A stretch of DNA of 64,000 nucleotides, taken from contig NC_042998.1 of the NCBI RefSeq assembly GCF_006345805.1, positions 200,074,001 through 200,138,000 of the forward strand, given 5' to 3'. Source of the DNA: Octopus sinensis (lineage: Eukaryota). Within the stretch, counting starts at the first letter, position 1; every line of letters begins with the position of its first letter. A model generated the notes under the pieces. The model was given only the letters and a program-made list of their open reading frames with translations. It was not told the DNA's origin and did no database searches. The position numbers and the translations under genes were made by a program. Positions 38,370 through 51,359 of the stretch are shown piece after piece.

Positions 38370-38750
38370 ACGGAATTTCATCAAATCTCCAAATGATATC
38401 GGTTTTATATTTACAATTCACCCAAGATTAGGGCCTCCTGCAACGCGTTCACTACAAAGGTCGAGATCACATTACATAAGAACATTGCAACACAATTTCT
38501 TCACTTTAAATGGTCCTGCTCTTTTCAATGAAAAAATTTAAGTAGAAAAATTTAAGTGAAAAAATTTAAGTAGAAAAATACCTCACAAATTTCAAACGGT
38601 AGCTGGAGAAATTCCTCCAGGAAATACGGGATAAACCTTCTAGACCAGGATACATCTCAACCAACAACAACTCTCTGCTTGAGTGGTCCATGGATCCCGA
38701 AATAATTAACTAAAAGACTTTTCCAGGTGGTGCTATTGAGTTAGATTAGT
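38370..38750 (+). mobile_element. CR1-clade LINE 3' end, diverged relative of family 2
   Basis: SPNDIGFIFTIHPRLGP...LQHNFFTLNGPALFN...NNNSLLEW; CAGGTGGTGCTATT in the tail. Confidence 0.8.
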
Positions 38751-38866
38751 TCCGCGGAGATATATCTCTGGCTACGCAATTTGGAATCTATTCATCTAAC
38801 AAGATTTGATTTTGAAACTATGACCTCAACAGCTATAACAACAGCGAACAGACCTAATGCTGCTTA

Positions 38867-38906
<40 letters not shown>

Positions 38907-39648
38907 GCAATAACAACAGCAATAACATCACATGATGCTATTGCTCTTTAGATGTAAAGTGCTTAATGTTTGATATTAATAAAAGGATATTTTGCAATTG
39001 TACAAATCCTAAACCGTATCATCCATTACTCATATTGATGTTATAAACGTTGCTCCTTTCCTTCTTGTTGCCAGTGTTGTTATTGTCGCTGTTGAAGCTT
39101 TTGTGTTGCTCTTCTTTCTCTCCCTTAAATATTTTGTCCAAAATGTCAAATTAGACTTGAAGTAAATTCAACAGAAACAATATTACATTCCCTTGCTCTT
39201 TAGAAGACTCTATATTGGATGGTAGAATTCGTAAAGCGACTGAAAACAGAGGCTTGATAAAATAAGTGAGTACCAATGATATGCTGGATTCTAAATAGCT
39301 CTGCTTCCCAAAACGTATCATTTTGAGCACGTCATAGGAAACATCATTATCGTCGTCATCATCATTATAATCATTTTCATCGTCGTCATCACCATTGTCA
39401 GCTTTGGTTTCATCCTTCCATGATCGATAAAATTAAAGAAATTATCAGGTTCTAGGTTGAATTATATTAATGGTACATCTTAACAAATATACAATCAATT
39501 TAATACCAAACACGTGTCAGGTTCTGCCTACATTAATATTAGAAAATAAGAAACATCGCAGCCTTATATTTTCAAGGCTATCACTGCTTCACTAAGATGT
39601 TTTTGAATTCGTAAATCAGTAATTGTAAGCCATAATTTTATTCCAATA

Positions 39649-40028
39649 CTAGCAGTATCGCCCGGCGTTGCTCAGGTTTGTAAGGGAAATTACTATAAAG
39701 CATTTTTAGAGAGTTATAGCAAAAAATAGCAAAAAAATGGAAAAAAATGATGGTAAATATTTTTTTAGTTAAAAAAGGTGGAGTTGGGTCCCCTAGACAG
39801 TTTGCGGTTTGTGTTTCTGATTCTCGACCCCATGTAGAATTTATCGATTTTTTTCAGAACTGGGGGAACTTTTCAAAATTTTCGATGCGTTAGTTTTGAA
39901 TGATGACATTGGCTATGTGTGTGTCAAGTTTCATCAGAATCGGTTGAAAGCCGTGGTCAGGGTGAGGGTACAAGCAAACAGACACACAGAAACACGCACG
40001 GACAAACTGCCGTTTATATAGAGAGAGA
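39649..40028 (-). mobile_element. Non-autonomous Helitron-like element, copy 2
   Basis: Minus strand A|TC start; GC-rich subterminal hairpin CCTGAGCAACGCCGGG; CTAG|T end; no TSD. Confidence 0.8.
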
Positions 40029-40481
40029 TGCTATCCAATATGTAAAACAACCCTTTCAATAATATATTTGAAAAACAAAATCACATCGTGATTTCGTGTA
40101 ATGTGCGAATGTATATAAATCACATTGAGAAAGATATATCTTAGGTATATCTAAAATTTACTCAATTATTACACTTCATTTGAGTAAAAGTATGATTTGT
40201 CTGTGTAAAATAGGATAAACAATTTTGAAGTTGGTTGAAATCGAGAAATATGAATGGACAAATTATAAATCTAAAGAATATTAAGAATTTATGAACCCTA
40301 GTACGTTTAACTATTTGTTGTGCAAGATTTTTTATGTGAAGTCGTGTGTTGAAGCAGATATTGTTATATTTCGGAATGGTCATATTGCCAGTTTAGCCAA
40401 TAAAAACACACGCACTATATATTTGGTGTTATTTTGCTTCAGTGATATTTATTTTTTACATTAATCTTAATCTTATTTCAG

Positions 40482-40521
40482 CCAGAGTTCTTTCGTCACA
40501 CTCCTGTGACCGCATCAGTGG
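40482..40521 (-). ncRNA. Minimal type I hammerhead-ribozyme-like motif (A9C core variant)
   Basis: CCA-CTGATGC-G-GTCACA-GGAG-TGTGAC-GAAA-G-AA-CTC-TGG. Confidence 0.5.
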
Positions 40522-41680
40522 TCCTTTGTTTTCTTCTCATTTATTTGTGTCTCTCCTTACTAACCGTCAGCCATTTTGTATTTCTATCGTATGTCTTCAT
40601 TTGCACATGCTTATATCTCTATGTGCGTCTATGTTTACTTAGTGTGTGCGGGGGGGATGCCTATAATATTTGTATCTTCTGTTTATATACATTTATGAAC
40701 TGATATTTACTTACGGAAACAATCATTTGGAATTTGCAATATGTTTCAGAAATTTGGAAAACACGGTATGCATTCGAAAGGGTAAAATTGTATTCGGCAT
40801 ATATTTAAAATCCTTTATAATAAGACCTTCCAATTTACCACAATATCGGTTCTCCAATTGAACAGTTAATTCAATTTCAGTATCAGTGAATCTACTATTC
40901 GAATAGATCAAAATAATTAACGTAAATCGAATTGAATGCTCTAACGCTTCAACTGAAATTAATTTTCATTCAGGACATATTACATAGAATAGTAACGGCA
41001 CAGAATATTGGAAATCTCCTGAAAAATTCTTCATCATCACGGACAGTTTCTCTGATATTACGGGATGTGTATAAACCATCGAATACGCCGAACCTCGAAT
41101 AAATCAGATTAAAATTTTAAGAGTTACTTCTAATGCACTAAAGATGGTCGACTGTAATCGAACAATCGATATGTTCAGATATAGAAGAAAGGGAGCAAGT
41201 GATTCAAAATATGATTATTTCTCAAAAACAAAATAAATAAATTATATTTGATATTTCCAGCAATTAAAAACAAAAAATATATGGCTATCAAAACTTGTAG
41301 AAATGAAAGACAATTTTCTAAACTGAATCCTTCTAAGGGCCATAATGTTATATTACATTATATAATTTTAATCGTATAAATCTTAATACGAAATTAAATT
41401 CAATAAATTTTACGAATCAAATAATAGTCCTTAAGGATATGGAGGTCGCTCGGCTTGTTAGACATAGTTCCCAGATGTACACAACTAGTATCCAAGAGTC
41501 TTTTAAGTGAAGGAGAATAATGGTATTATAATCGATGATGGATGGGTTATGGCCGAATAACAATGCTCTAACCTACATTTTGTTTATAGCTAAAACATAA
41601 CAAATATTTGCATTATATAATATAGCTACTACATATTACACATGAAACATTATTGTTCTTAAACGCAATATGCATATCAG

Positions 41681-42071
41681 GTGGAGGCGCAATGGCCCAG
41701 TGGTTAGGGCAGCGGACTCGAGGTCATAGGATCGCGGTTTCGATTCCCAAACCAGACCGGGCGTTGTGAGTGTTTATTGAGCGAAAACACCTAAAAGCTC
41801 CACGAGGATCCGGCAGGGGATGGTGGTGATCCCTGCTGTACTCTTTCACCCCAACTTTCTCTCACTCTTACATCCTGTTTCTGTTGTACCTGTATTTCAA
41901 AGGGCCGGCCTTGTCACTCTCTGTGTCACGCTGAATATCCCGAGAACTACGTTAAGGGTACACGTGTCTGTGGAGTGTTCAGCCACTTACACGTTAATTT
42001 CACGAGCAGGCTGTTCCGTTGATTCGGATCAACCGGAACCCTCGTCGTCGTAACCGACGGAGTGCTTCCAC
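41681..42071 (+). mobile_element. SINE family C, intact, with 11-bp TSD
   Basis: A box TGGCCCAGTGG and B box GGTTTCGATTCC; TSD ATGCATATCAG at 41670-41680 and 42072-42082. Confidence 0.93.
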
Positions 42072-44279
42072 ATGCATATCAGATACACACTCACGCGTTC
42101 GTATAGACACGAGCACATGAGGTCAGTTTGACGTATGGCAAGGGAGTCAAAGATTTGTAGCAAACTTTTCTTGAAATTAAATCTTATCTCTTTAGCACTT
42201 AAATTGTTTATATCCTGCTAAAATATTGTACTTGTTTTTGTGAATCTGACCAGATCACTGACACCAATCCTACTGTATCATTCTAAAAATAAATAGTTAC
42301 CTCATCAAAAACTATCAGGTAATGCATGATTAATCATACGGACAACCATCCTCAAAAACTATGCTGCAAATGCCAATGTGTCGTATAATTTTTCAAGGTA
42401 ATGTATTGTCTTAGAAACACAGAGAAAATTAAAATTAATGCATAAAAGGGCTTAAGAATGGTATTAGTTTCACCTCAAGAAGTTTACAAGAACGCGTTCA
42501 CTAAATTTGTTAATACTTCGTAAAATACTAAAATACCTGATATAATATCTCAAAAGTTTCTATATGACTCATAAATCAGAAGAATAGAGGACATAAACGA
42601 ATTTCAATTGACGTAAAATTAATGGAGACGCAGAGATTGTTTAGCACAAGTTAAAAAATTTATAATCAATTCTGATAACTAATAAGTTTTTTTCAATATT
42701 GTTATTCTACTTAAGTTCAGATCTAGAGGATTGGCGTGCTCAAATTAATCAGCACCCAAGATATCGATTAACTTGAATTTATGAACATCCGTAAGGAAAA
42801 AATAATCAATCTTGGCTGTGCATCAATTTATATCTTGTTCTCTCGCCACATTCGGTAGGAGACAAATATATAATTTGATATGAGACTGGCTTTTTACATG
42901 TAATATTTCACTGTAATCTGGTGCGCGTATTGAACCCCTATCACAACTAATGCAAAGATTTGCAAACAAATATGAAGTAGAGGATTTCATACAATTACCT
43001 GTGAATGGACTGTTTTTATATCTTCAAATAAGGAGAGCGTGCAGTATTTATGACCAAATATAGATCCTTTGAAAGTGAAGAGGCAGGTGGGAAGAAGAAT
43101 CCGCAAATTGGAGATATGACCCTAATGATTATGCAATGTCGTGACTTCAGTCAGAACGAAATGAGTCACGAAGAATGCTGCAAGATATTTGTTTGGATAT
43201 CTCATAGACCCAATAATCTATTGTATTAGTGTTCTATTTATCAGCTCTCGTAAACATGCTCGTTTCTGTTTTGAATACTATATAATTGAATCAGGTGGCA
43301 TGTAAAATACATTTCTGTGATTCGGAGAAATCAAACAAGGGACAATAATTTATTTGAAAACTTATGCAAGTTCATAGTACTGTCCATGGTACTTATCTGT
43401 ACTGGATGATTCGAGATGGTAAACGTAATATACTGAGGTACGATTGACATCGACACCGACGCCGCTGTAACCAGCATCATCTCAGTGGCTTATGCTTGCA
43501 TATGCGATTTTACTACCAGTTAGAGTGTATGATTTGATGTGTTTGTCCCTGTTTATGCATAAGCTTTTGTTCGAGTATAATAGGAGACAAAGAAAGAAAA
43601 AAAATTTAAAAGACAAATTGAAATCTTTCTGACATCGTGAATAACATTTCTTTTGTCTTGCTTGAATACTTTTACCGTATGTTTGGGAATAAATCATTTT
43701 ACAAGATGGACGCTGAAACTATCAAATCTGACACACGCCCTTGGCAATATCAATAACACCACTCACGCGGTGCTAAAATAGCTGGATGTGAGATGCTGGA
43801 AAACTAGCGATCTGAAGCGACAGTTAACATATATTCATTTGCATTATATTAAGAAAATTTCAGTTAAAATACTGGGTACGAATGGAATAGCATTGACATC
43901 TTTACAGAATTCTTGATTAACTGTGAATTTGAGATTTAGTGCATAATCACTTATGCACTTTTCTCGATATCTCGGTCTGTTAGACAACGCCATAATTATT
44001 TTTCTCTAGAGGCGAAGGTATCACTCTTGACCTAAATACGGAGTCCAATGAACAGTTATATCGATTCCTTACTTAGATATAATTGACCCGAAGGTTGGAA
44101 ATAGTGTCTCTATCATCAACATATCTAAAGATTCCCACATATAAGATTTTTAATTTACCATTTGCCATTATATTTTCTTCAGAAGATCTTTACTTTTTCT
44201 CTAAGAACCAAAATTTAAGTTACAAGCATTCCAGCTTGAATGAATGACACAGAGTAGCATCAGTTCGTGTATATATATA

Positions 44280-44292
44280 TCATTATTATTAC

Positions 44293-44336
<44 letters not shown>

Positions 44337-44372
44337 TATTATTATCATTATTTTCATTATTATTATTATTAC

Positions 44373-44429
<57 letters not shown>

Positions 44430-44458
44430 CATTATTATTATTATTATTATTATTATTG
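44280..44458. repeat. (ATT)n/(ATC)n microsatellite
   Basis: Direct reading; further ATT/GTT tracts at 44948-45090 and 45225-45285. Confidence 0.95.
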
Positions 44459-45226
44459 GGTAAGAGAGCAGAGTATACCAACATAGTCACACTCGGATGC
44501 AAATATACAAAGCCCAGTGTGCTCATCATGACTACCTGTTTGAGAAGTGTACATGCATCACAACACGGTAAATTTATATTAAGATTTACAGCGCATGAAC
44601 TAGCAGATGAGACCCAGTTAGAATTTTTTCAGGATGAGTATCCCATCCCGTTCAAAAGGTTCCTAACGAAGGTTTCTTTAATGATGATGAACAGAACACT
44701 CACGTTTCTAGAGCTTAATTATTCAAACGCCAAACAATTTCTTTCAATACTTGGCTATGATGCTCTCCGCTATTTCTGCTCATGGTCAGAGATTCACATA
44801 TCGTCAGCCACTAAAGGAAATACTAAACTGATCAAAGTCTGTGGAATTGATCAGAATATTTGCTGTATCCTATCTTTTATACCAAGACAAACAATGTGCA
44901 AGATACCATTTCCAATGAGTAAAGATCAAAAGCCAAGACATCACTTCTACTACTATTATTATTATTATTGTTGTTGTTGTTGCTGTTATTGTTGTTGTTG
45001 TTAATGTTATTGTTATTAATATTATTATTATTATATTATTATTATTATTATATTATTATTATTATATTATTATTATATATTATTATTATATTCAGTAGTT
45101 CTATTTTTATAGCGTGCTTTCACTTCACTACCGAGCGCAGCTCTGTGTGCCTTGGGTATGTGCTGTGATTTGTTGTGATGCTCTGATGGTTATTGTATGG
45201 AAAGTGTTCTGCGTAGGATGTTTATT

Positions 45227-45275
<49 letters not shown>

Positions 45276-46042
45276 TATCATTATGAATGGAAGGCTATAT
45301 ATATTGCACGAACAGAGAAAGCGAAAATGTGATAACATATTGGGAAACAATAGGGTACGCCAATCATATAGGTTTTTCACCTTGCTGGGAATAATGAAAT
45401 CCATCATTTCCCAAATAGCATTAAAGAAATATATAATACAAATGTAATCTCTCGTCAAAACAACTGTGATACGTCAATAATTCGCGTCGTAATATATCTA
45501 CGACAATCGCTAATCATATCTACATGTTCCTTTTCGCCGATCGATTGTTTACGCGGTGGTGGTGGCACCATGTTCTGCAAGAAATATGACAACTTTTGCA
45601 AACTTTATGCTTTGAAAATATGAAGAGGCTAATGCATTTTTCCACACATGGAAGAATGAATTAAGAAAAATAATACAACGAAAGTTAAACTAAGAACGTG
45701 ACATGTTTATTGTGTATTAATATGTAAGTATATTTATCTTCGAGTTATATTTGAGTTCCTCTTAAGAGTGTTCAGGCAAACTCTAACAGTAATTGACACG
45801 GGATGTTGGCTGAGCTGCACATAAGCAAGTGTGAGCATCTATTCAACTGGGGAGTCTGAAATTGGTAATCTTTGAAATGTCTTTAAAATCTTCACTGTGC
45901 GGCTAACAGATTATATTTTGAGAATCCGCGTCAAATAGCGTTGCACTTTTTACGAAAAAAACTAGCTTTCCTACGATTTTATGTAAATTTGTAAATATGT
46001 ATGTACTTATATATTTAAACATGTATACACACGCACACTCAC

Positions 46043-46131
<89 letters not shown>

Positions 46132-46615
46132 GAGAGAGAGAGAGACAAAGTAAGAACAAATTGCTAAGGTCAGTTTGGGTGCATATATATACATGCATAT
46201 ATATGTATATATATATATATATATATGTTTGTGTGTGTGTGTGTATGTGTGTGTATGTGTGTCTCTATGTATATGTATATCCCTTGATTAAATTTAATCA
46301 ATGAGGAAATGCAGGAACAGTACCGTCACAGCTTAGGTGAGGGCATGTATGTGGAGGATGATTACATATTAAGCCGAGGGAAAACTTCAGAAAAAAATGT
46401 ACTTTCAGTTGTATAGAAAAAAAAACAGACTAACTGTTATATGTGATGTATTAACTCGCTTGCCAATGGGTCGATGCCGTCGGTGTTGTCATCTATTGTC
46501 TACGATTTTTATATCGTGTGTACTTGAACAGACGTCACACGCTGATGTATATAAATAGATACATAGATACATATATCCTAAATACACACACAAATATATG
46601 TATGTATTTGTATAC

Positions 46616-46646
<31 letters not shown>

Positions 46647-46931
46647 CGTGCGCAAGCGTACATGTCTCTGTGTGTGCGTTTGTTTGTGTATGTGTAGTAT
46701 AATGCCAGTCTTCAAATAATATCACAAACTACCGCAATAATATCGAAACTTTTTTTTTGCTAGGTACAATGTAAAATAACATAACACATCTGCAAAATGA
46801 ATGTCATTAGAAAATAAAATGAGAAATCTGGCAATATTAGCGAACGATGCCAATAATAACAACAATAACAATAATATAATAATAATAATAATAATAATAA
46901 CAACAACAACAACAACAACGATATAATAATG

Positions 46932-46971
<40 letters not shown>

Positions 46972-47859
46972 GGTGATGTTGATAATGATATCAAATGGAA
47001 ACCATCTTGAATACGTTGTTCAAATTACATTTCGCCTTAGCAAATAACAGAAAGAAAAAAACCTCAGAGCAAATGTATCAATATCAAAATGTCAACAATA
47101 TACAATATGTCAAAATAGCAAGAGACTATCAATGCTTTTCTATTCATTTCTGTATGAAAGGATTTCTATAGAATTTTTTTTAGTGATTCATCTCAATCGC
47201 TCAATGGGTTTAGGTTCTAATTGTTGTTGTTTTTGTTGTTCCTAGTGTTGTTGTAGTTGATATTTTTATTGTTGTTCCCTCTGTTAACGTTATTAATATT
47301 GTTACTATTGTTGTTGTTGTGTGTTATTTTTCTTCAAAATTTATATTTACGTCGGCATTTAATTTATCATTTTATTATTTTTTAAAATTTGTATTTCGTA
47401 TATATACCTTGTGAGAGGTACGCCTAGAATCCTTAGCGTATACACATCTGTACACATCCATGTACGCCGACACCCATAGGCACGTATGTATATAGATATT
47501 GCTATTAAGAAATTTAATGGAAGCACTCATGAACATACAAATCATCTCAACAAACCACCCAAATGACCGATCGACCTAAGCAATTTCCCTTCCACCGGTC
47601 TGAAACAGAAGCCCTCTATAACCAAATCTACATTTCATCAACGGATTTGAGCCATCTCCCTTTTCGGATATCTTTTCTACACTATGGAAAAATAACGGCG
47701 GTGCTTCTTAATAAGAACAATCCTTATGGAAAAAACAAACAAACAAAGAAACAAACAACTATCATCATATCACCCTTGCCACCAAAACTAAAAGATGACG
47801 CAAGTCAGTGACCACCATACATTTTTATAGAGATAGACCTTAAAATTTGTTTTCCTATG

Positions 47860-48515
47860 ACACACTTAGAGTGAATCATCTTTGGAGCCGTAAACAAAAT
47901 AATGTTTTTTTTGTAGAATTTAATGATTTTTACTCTGTTGTAACTGAAGGGGAGATATGAAGTAATGCAACGCAAAACAAGATAACAAGGGAAGTACCCT
48001 GGTGGAAGGAGGCAGAGATGTACAAAAAAAATGAATAAAAGGAAGAGACTCGGCGAGAGAAAATAAACCCTGTGACCGATAGACAACAAGACCAAAAAGG
48101 GATCGATGAAAAAAGATATCCACTATCAAGACATGGACAGACATGGTGTGTCATGTGATTAAATGTAAAGCGCATACACACTTACAGTAAGTCATCTTTG
48201 GAGCCGTAAACAAAATGATGTCTTTTTTTTTTGTAGAATTTAATGATTTGTACTCTATTGAAACAGAAGCGGGGATATGAAGTAATGCAACGTAGAAACA
48301 AGACAATAAGGGAAGTACCCTGGTGGAGGAAGGCAGAGAATATGTACAAAAAATGAATAAAAGAGAGAAAAAGAGGAAGAGAGAGAGAATCTGCGATAGA
48401 AAATAAACCCTGTGACCGATAGACAACAAGAACAAATGGAATAGATGAAAAACAAATATCCACTATCAAGAGATTGACAGACACGCTGTGTCATGTGATT
48501 AAAAGTAAAGCGCGT
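47860..48515. repeat. Tandem duplication, two diverged copies of ~320-340 bp
   Basis: Shared blocks CATCTTTGGAGCCGTAAACAAAAT, GAAGTACCCTGGTGGA, AAAATAAACCCTGTGACCGATAGACAACAAGA, TATCCACTATCAAGA and TGTCATGTGATTAAA occur in the same order in 47860-48177 and 48178-48515. Confidence 0.95.
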
Positions 48516-48842
48516 ACGAGAACAAACCAACAATCAAAAAGAAAGAAACAATGTTATTATGTTTGTTTGATAGGTTGTGTCATGGTTGAAGTGTCATCTT
48601 AAATGTTAGTTTTATATAAATGTAAATGTTTTGCTATTCTGTTGCATGAAAAAAGTGTTGGCACCAACACATACCTCTAGTATATTGGAAAGTCAAAATA
48701 TGTGTACATAGGTTGTAGGTTGTTTACGTGTTTGTGTAATTGTATGTTCGTGTTGGGAAACGAAAAGAAGAAGATATTTGAGAGGTAAAAGAAAAATGCA
48801 GCGAGAGGTATGTGAACGAGTGATGAAAGCAAGGAGCATAGC

Positions 48843-48911
48843 CAGAGAGAGAGAGAGAGAGACAGAGAGAGAGAGACAGAGAGAGAGAGAGAAAGAGAGA
48901 GAGACAGAGAG

Positions 48912-48942
<31 letters not shown>

Positions 48943-49180
48943 GAGAGAAAGAGAGAGAGAGGGGGAGCGAACGAATGAAGGATTGGCTTGAGAGGCACGC
49001 ACACACACACAGAGGTAAGTACAGATAGAGCGAACGTTCAAGAGAGTGAGAGATGAAGAGGGAGAGTGAAAGTGAGAGAGAGATTGGGTCAGTGATTGAG
49101 TGATTGAGTGTGGGAGAGAGAGAAACTGAAAGAGAGAGAGCAAGAGAAAGAAAGAGTGTAAGATAGAGAAAGAGAGAGAT
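48843..49180. repeat. (GA)n-rich polypurine tract
   Basis: Direct reading. Confidence 0.9.
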
Positions 49181-49781
49181 ATAATGCGAAGGATTAAGAT
49201 ATAAAACTGATACATACTGGGAAAAAAGAACAAGAATCAAACTCACCCTAATTGTTATATTTTAACAGTTTTTCTATTCTTCTATGTGTTGGACTGGTCT
49301 TCTTCAGCCCGGTGTTTTAACACTTCTGGAGCGCCCTTGCCCTTAGGTCGTGAGTTTCGGGTGTTGACAACATCTTTCACAAGTTAATTCAGTGTCGATC
49401 ATAGCATTCTTTTCCCGCAAATTCCTACCATTTGAATTGCTCAATACTTCTCTGCCGAACAAAGTTTTTCCATACTTTTCCCATGCCTTTTGAGTTTTCT
49501 CGGACCTATTTCTTTACTTACTCATCTTTCATTCATCCGCACTATACTTATAGTTCTAACGGGTGATAATGGTCTCATTTCTGTTCACCCGTCACACACT
49601 TCAGTGTTGAAAGAGCATGATTTGCAAACACGCAACATCGTACGACAATAGAATGTGATCTTTCCTCGATTAGATTATTCCCTTCATCCCATCAGAAGTA
49701 AGTACTCCCTGAACATTTTCCGTTTTATTCTGGTTCCTATGTTTCTGGAAATTTATAATCAAATATGTAATAGTAGCTACC

Positions 49782-50014
49782 TATTTCTTAATTACCCACA
49801 AGGGGCTAAACGCAGAGAGGACAAACAAGGACAGACATAGGTATTAAGTCGATTACATCGACCCCAGTGCATAACTGGTACTTAATTTATCGACCCCGAA
49901 AGGATGAAAGGCAAAGTCGACATCGGCGGTATTTGAACTCAGAACGTAACGGTAGACGAAATACCGCTAAGCATTTCGCCCGGCGTGCTAACGTTTCTGC
50001 TAGCTCGCCGTCTT
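49782..50014 (-). mobile_element. SINE family A, intact, with 12-bp TSD
   Basis: TSD ATAGTAGCTACC at 49770-49781 and 50015-50026. Confidence 0.95.
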
Positions 50015-50396
50015 ATAGTAGCTACCGTTTATTTGTAAAGAGAGCTTCAAAGCACTTATATCAACAGTGATATCATGGAAATCTTAAATCTAAATACCAC
50101 TACACAACTGTTACGGATGATGTAATTCTCTGCCAGATTGTCTGTGAAACCACACGCCACTGTAATTCAACCATACATTCCATTAAATACACTGCCCCAT
50201 GGCATGCTCATTTGTTTCTTTTCAACATGTCGAGTTTGGCTACACCTCAGAGAACAACGAAGCCATACGCTCTCTATTTCTGATGCAAGCTACTTGCTTA
50301 TTTTATCTGAAGACATCACTTTCAAAGGTTTCAATTCCTCAGCTGGAATTTCTTGTCTAACTTTTTAACAGATTTACCGATACTCAGATTTTATCA

Positions 50397-50569
50397 GGTG
50401 CAGGAGTGGCTGTGTGGAAAGTAGCTTGCTTAACAGCTACATGGTTCCGGGTTCATTCCCACTGTGGGGCACATTGGGCAAGTGTCTTCTACTATAACCT
50501 CGGGCCGACCAAAGCCATTTGAGTGGATTTGGTAGACAGAAACTGAAAGAAGCCTGTTGTATATATGCA

Positions 50570-50627
<58 letters not shown>

Positions 50628-50830
50628 TTGTGTGTCTGTTTGTCCCCCCAACATCGCTTAAAAACGGGTGGTGGTGTGTTTGCGTCCCTGTAACTTAGCA
50701 GTTCGGCAAAAGAGACCCATAGAATAAGTACTAGGCTTACAAAGAATAAGTCCTGGGGCCGATTTGCTGGACTAAAGGCGGAACTCCAACATGGCTACAG
50801 TCCATTGACTTAAACAAGTAAAAGAGAGTA
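50397..50830 (+). mobile_element. SINE family B
   Basis: Full-length match to 32281-32734 in the opposite orientation. Confidence 0.92.
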
Positions 50831-51021
50831 AGCAAATATTCATTCGGAGAACTGAACATAACTACTCCCGTTTAACAAACGGTGAGCAGCTAAACATACC
50901 TTCCTGATGAATTGTTTATTGCTTGTTTAATTCTTTAATAAACCCGTTACTAACACTCACATCTTAAATTCGGTCAAACATGCACATCCCAATGGTGAAC
51001 CAACCATCATATCTCAGAAAT

Positions 51022-51359
51022 AAAGGGTAAAGACCCCCTTCGGTCATGAATGACCATGGGATTGCACCTACAAAGTTTCCCTCCTAGACACAAGTCCGGG
51101 CAAGGTTGTTTATGGAAGACCAGCAGTCGCCCATGCATACCAGCCTCCCCTCTCCACGCCACCAGTGTTATCCAAGGGAAAGACAAAGGTCGATACAGCT
51201 TGGCACCAGTGACGTCGCAACTCATTTCTACAGCTGAGTGAACTGGAGCAACGTGAAATAAAGTGCCTTGCTCAAGAACACAACACGCAGCCCGGTCCGG
51301 GATTCGAGCTCACAACCTCACGATCGTAAGCTCGACGCTCTAACCACTGAACCATGCGC
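51022..51359 (-). mobile_element. SINE family D, near intact
   Basis: Head GCGCATGGTTCAGTGGTTAGAGCG...CTCGAATCCC, then TTGAGCAAGGCACTTTATTTCAC...CTGTAGAAATGAG (CORE-SINE-like, from memory). Confidence 0.9.

Noticed and set aside
41681-41760. tRNA genes at SINE heads
   Set aside because: A and B boxes are present, but the sequences continue into SINE bodies with TSDs and lack a complete cloverleaf and terminator.
47860-48515. Conserved blocks with variable spacers as a CRISPR-like array
   Set aside because: The blocks differ from one another; it is a two-copy tandem duplication in eukaryotic DNA.
49290-49640. Possible decayed RTE-like 3' end on the minus strand
   Set aside because: No motif is intact enough to call.
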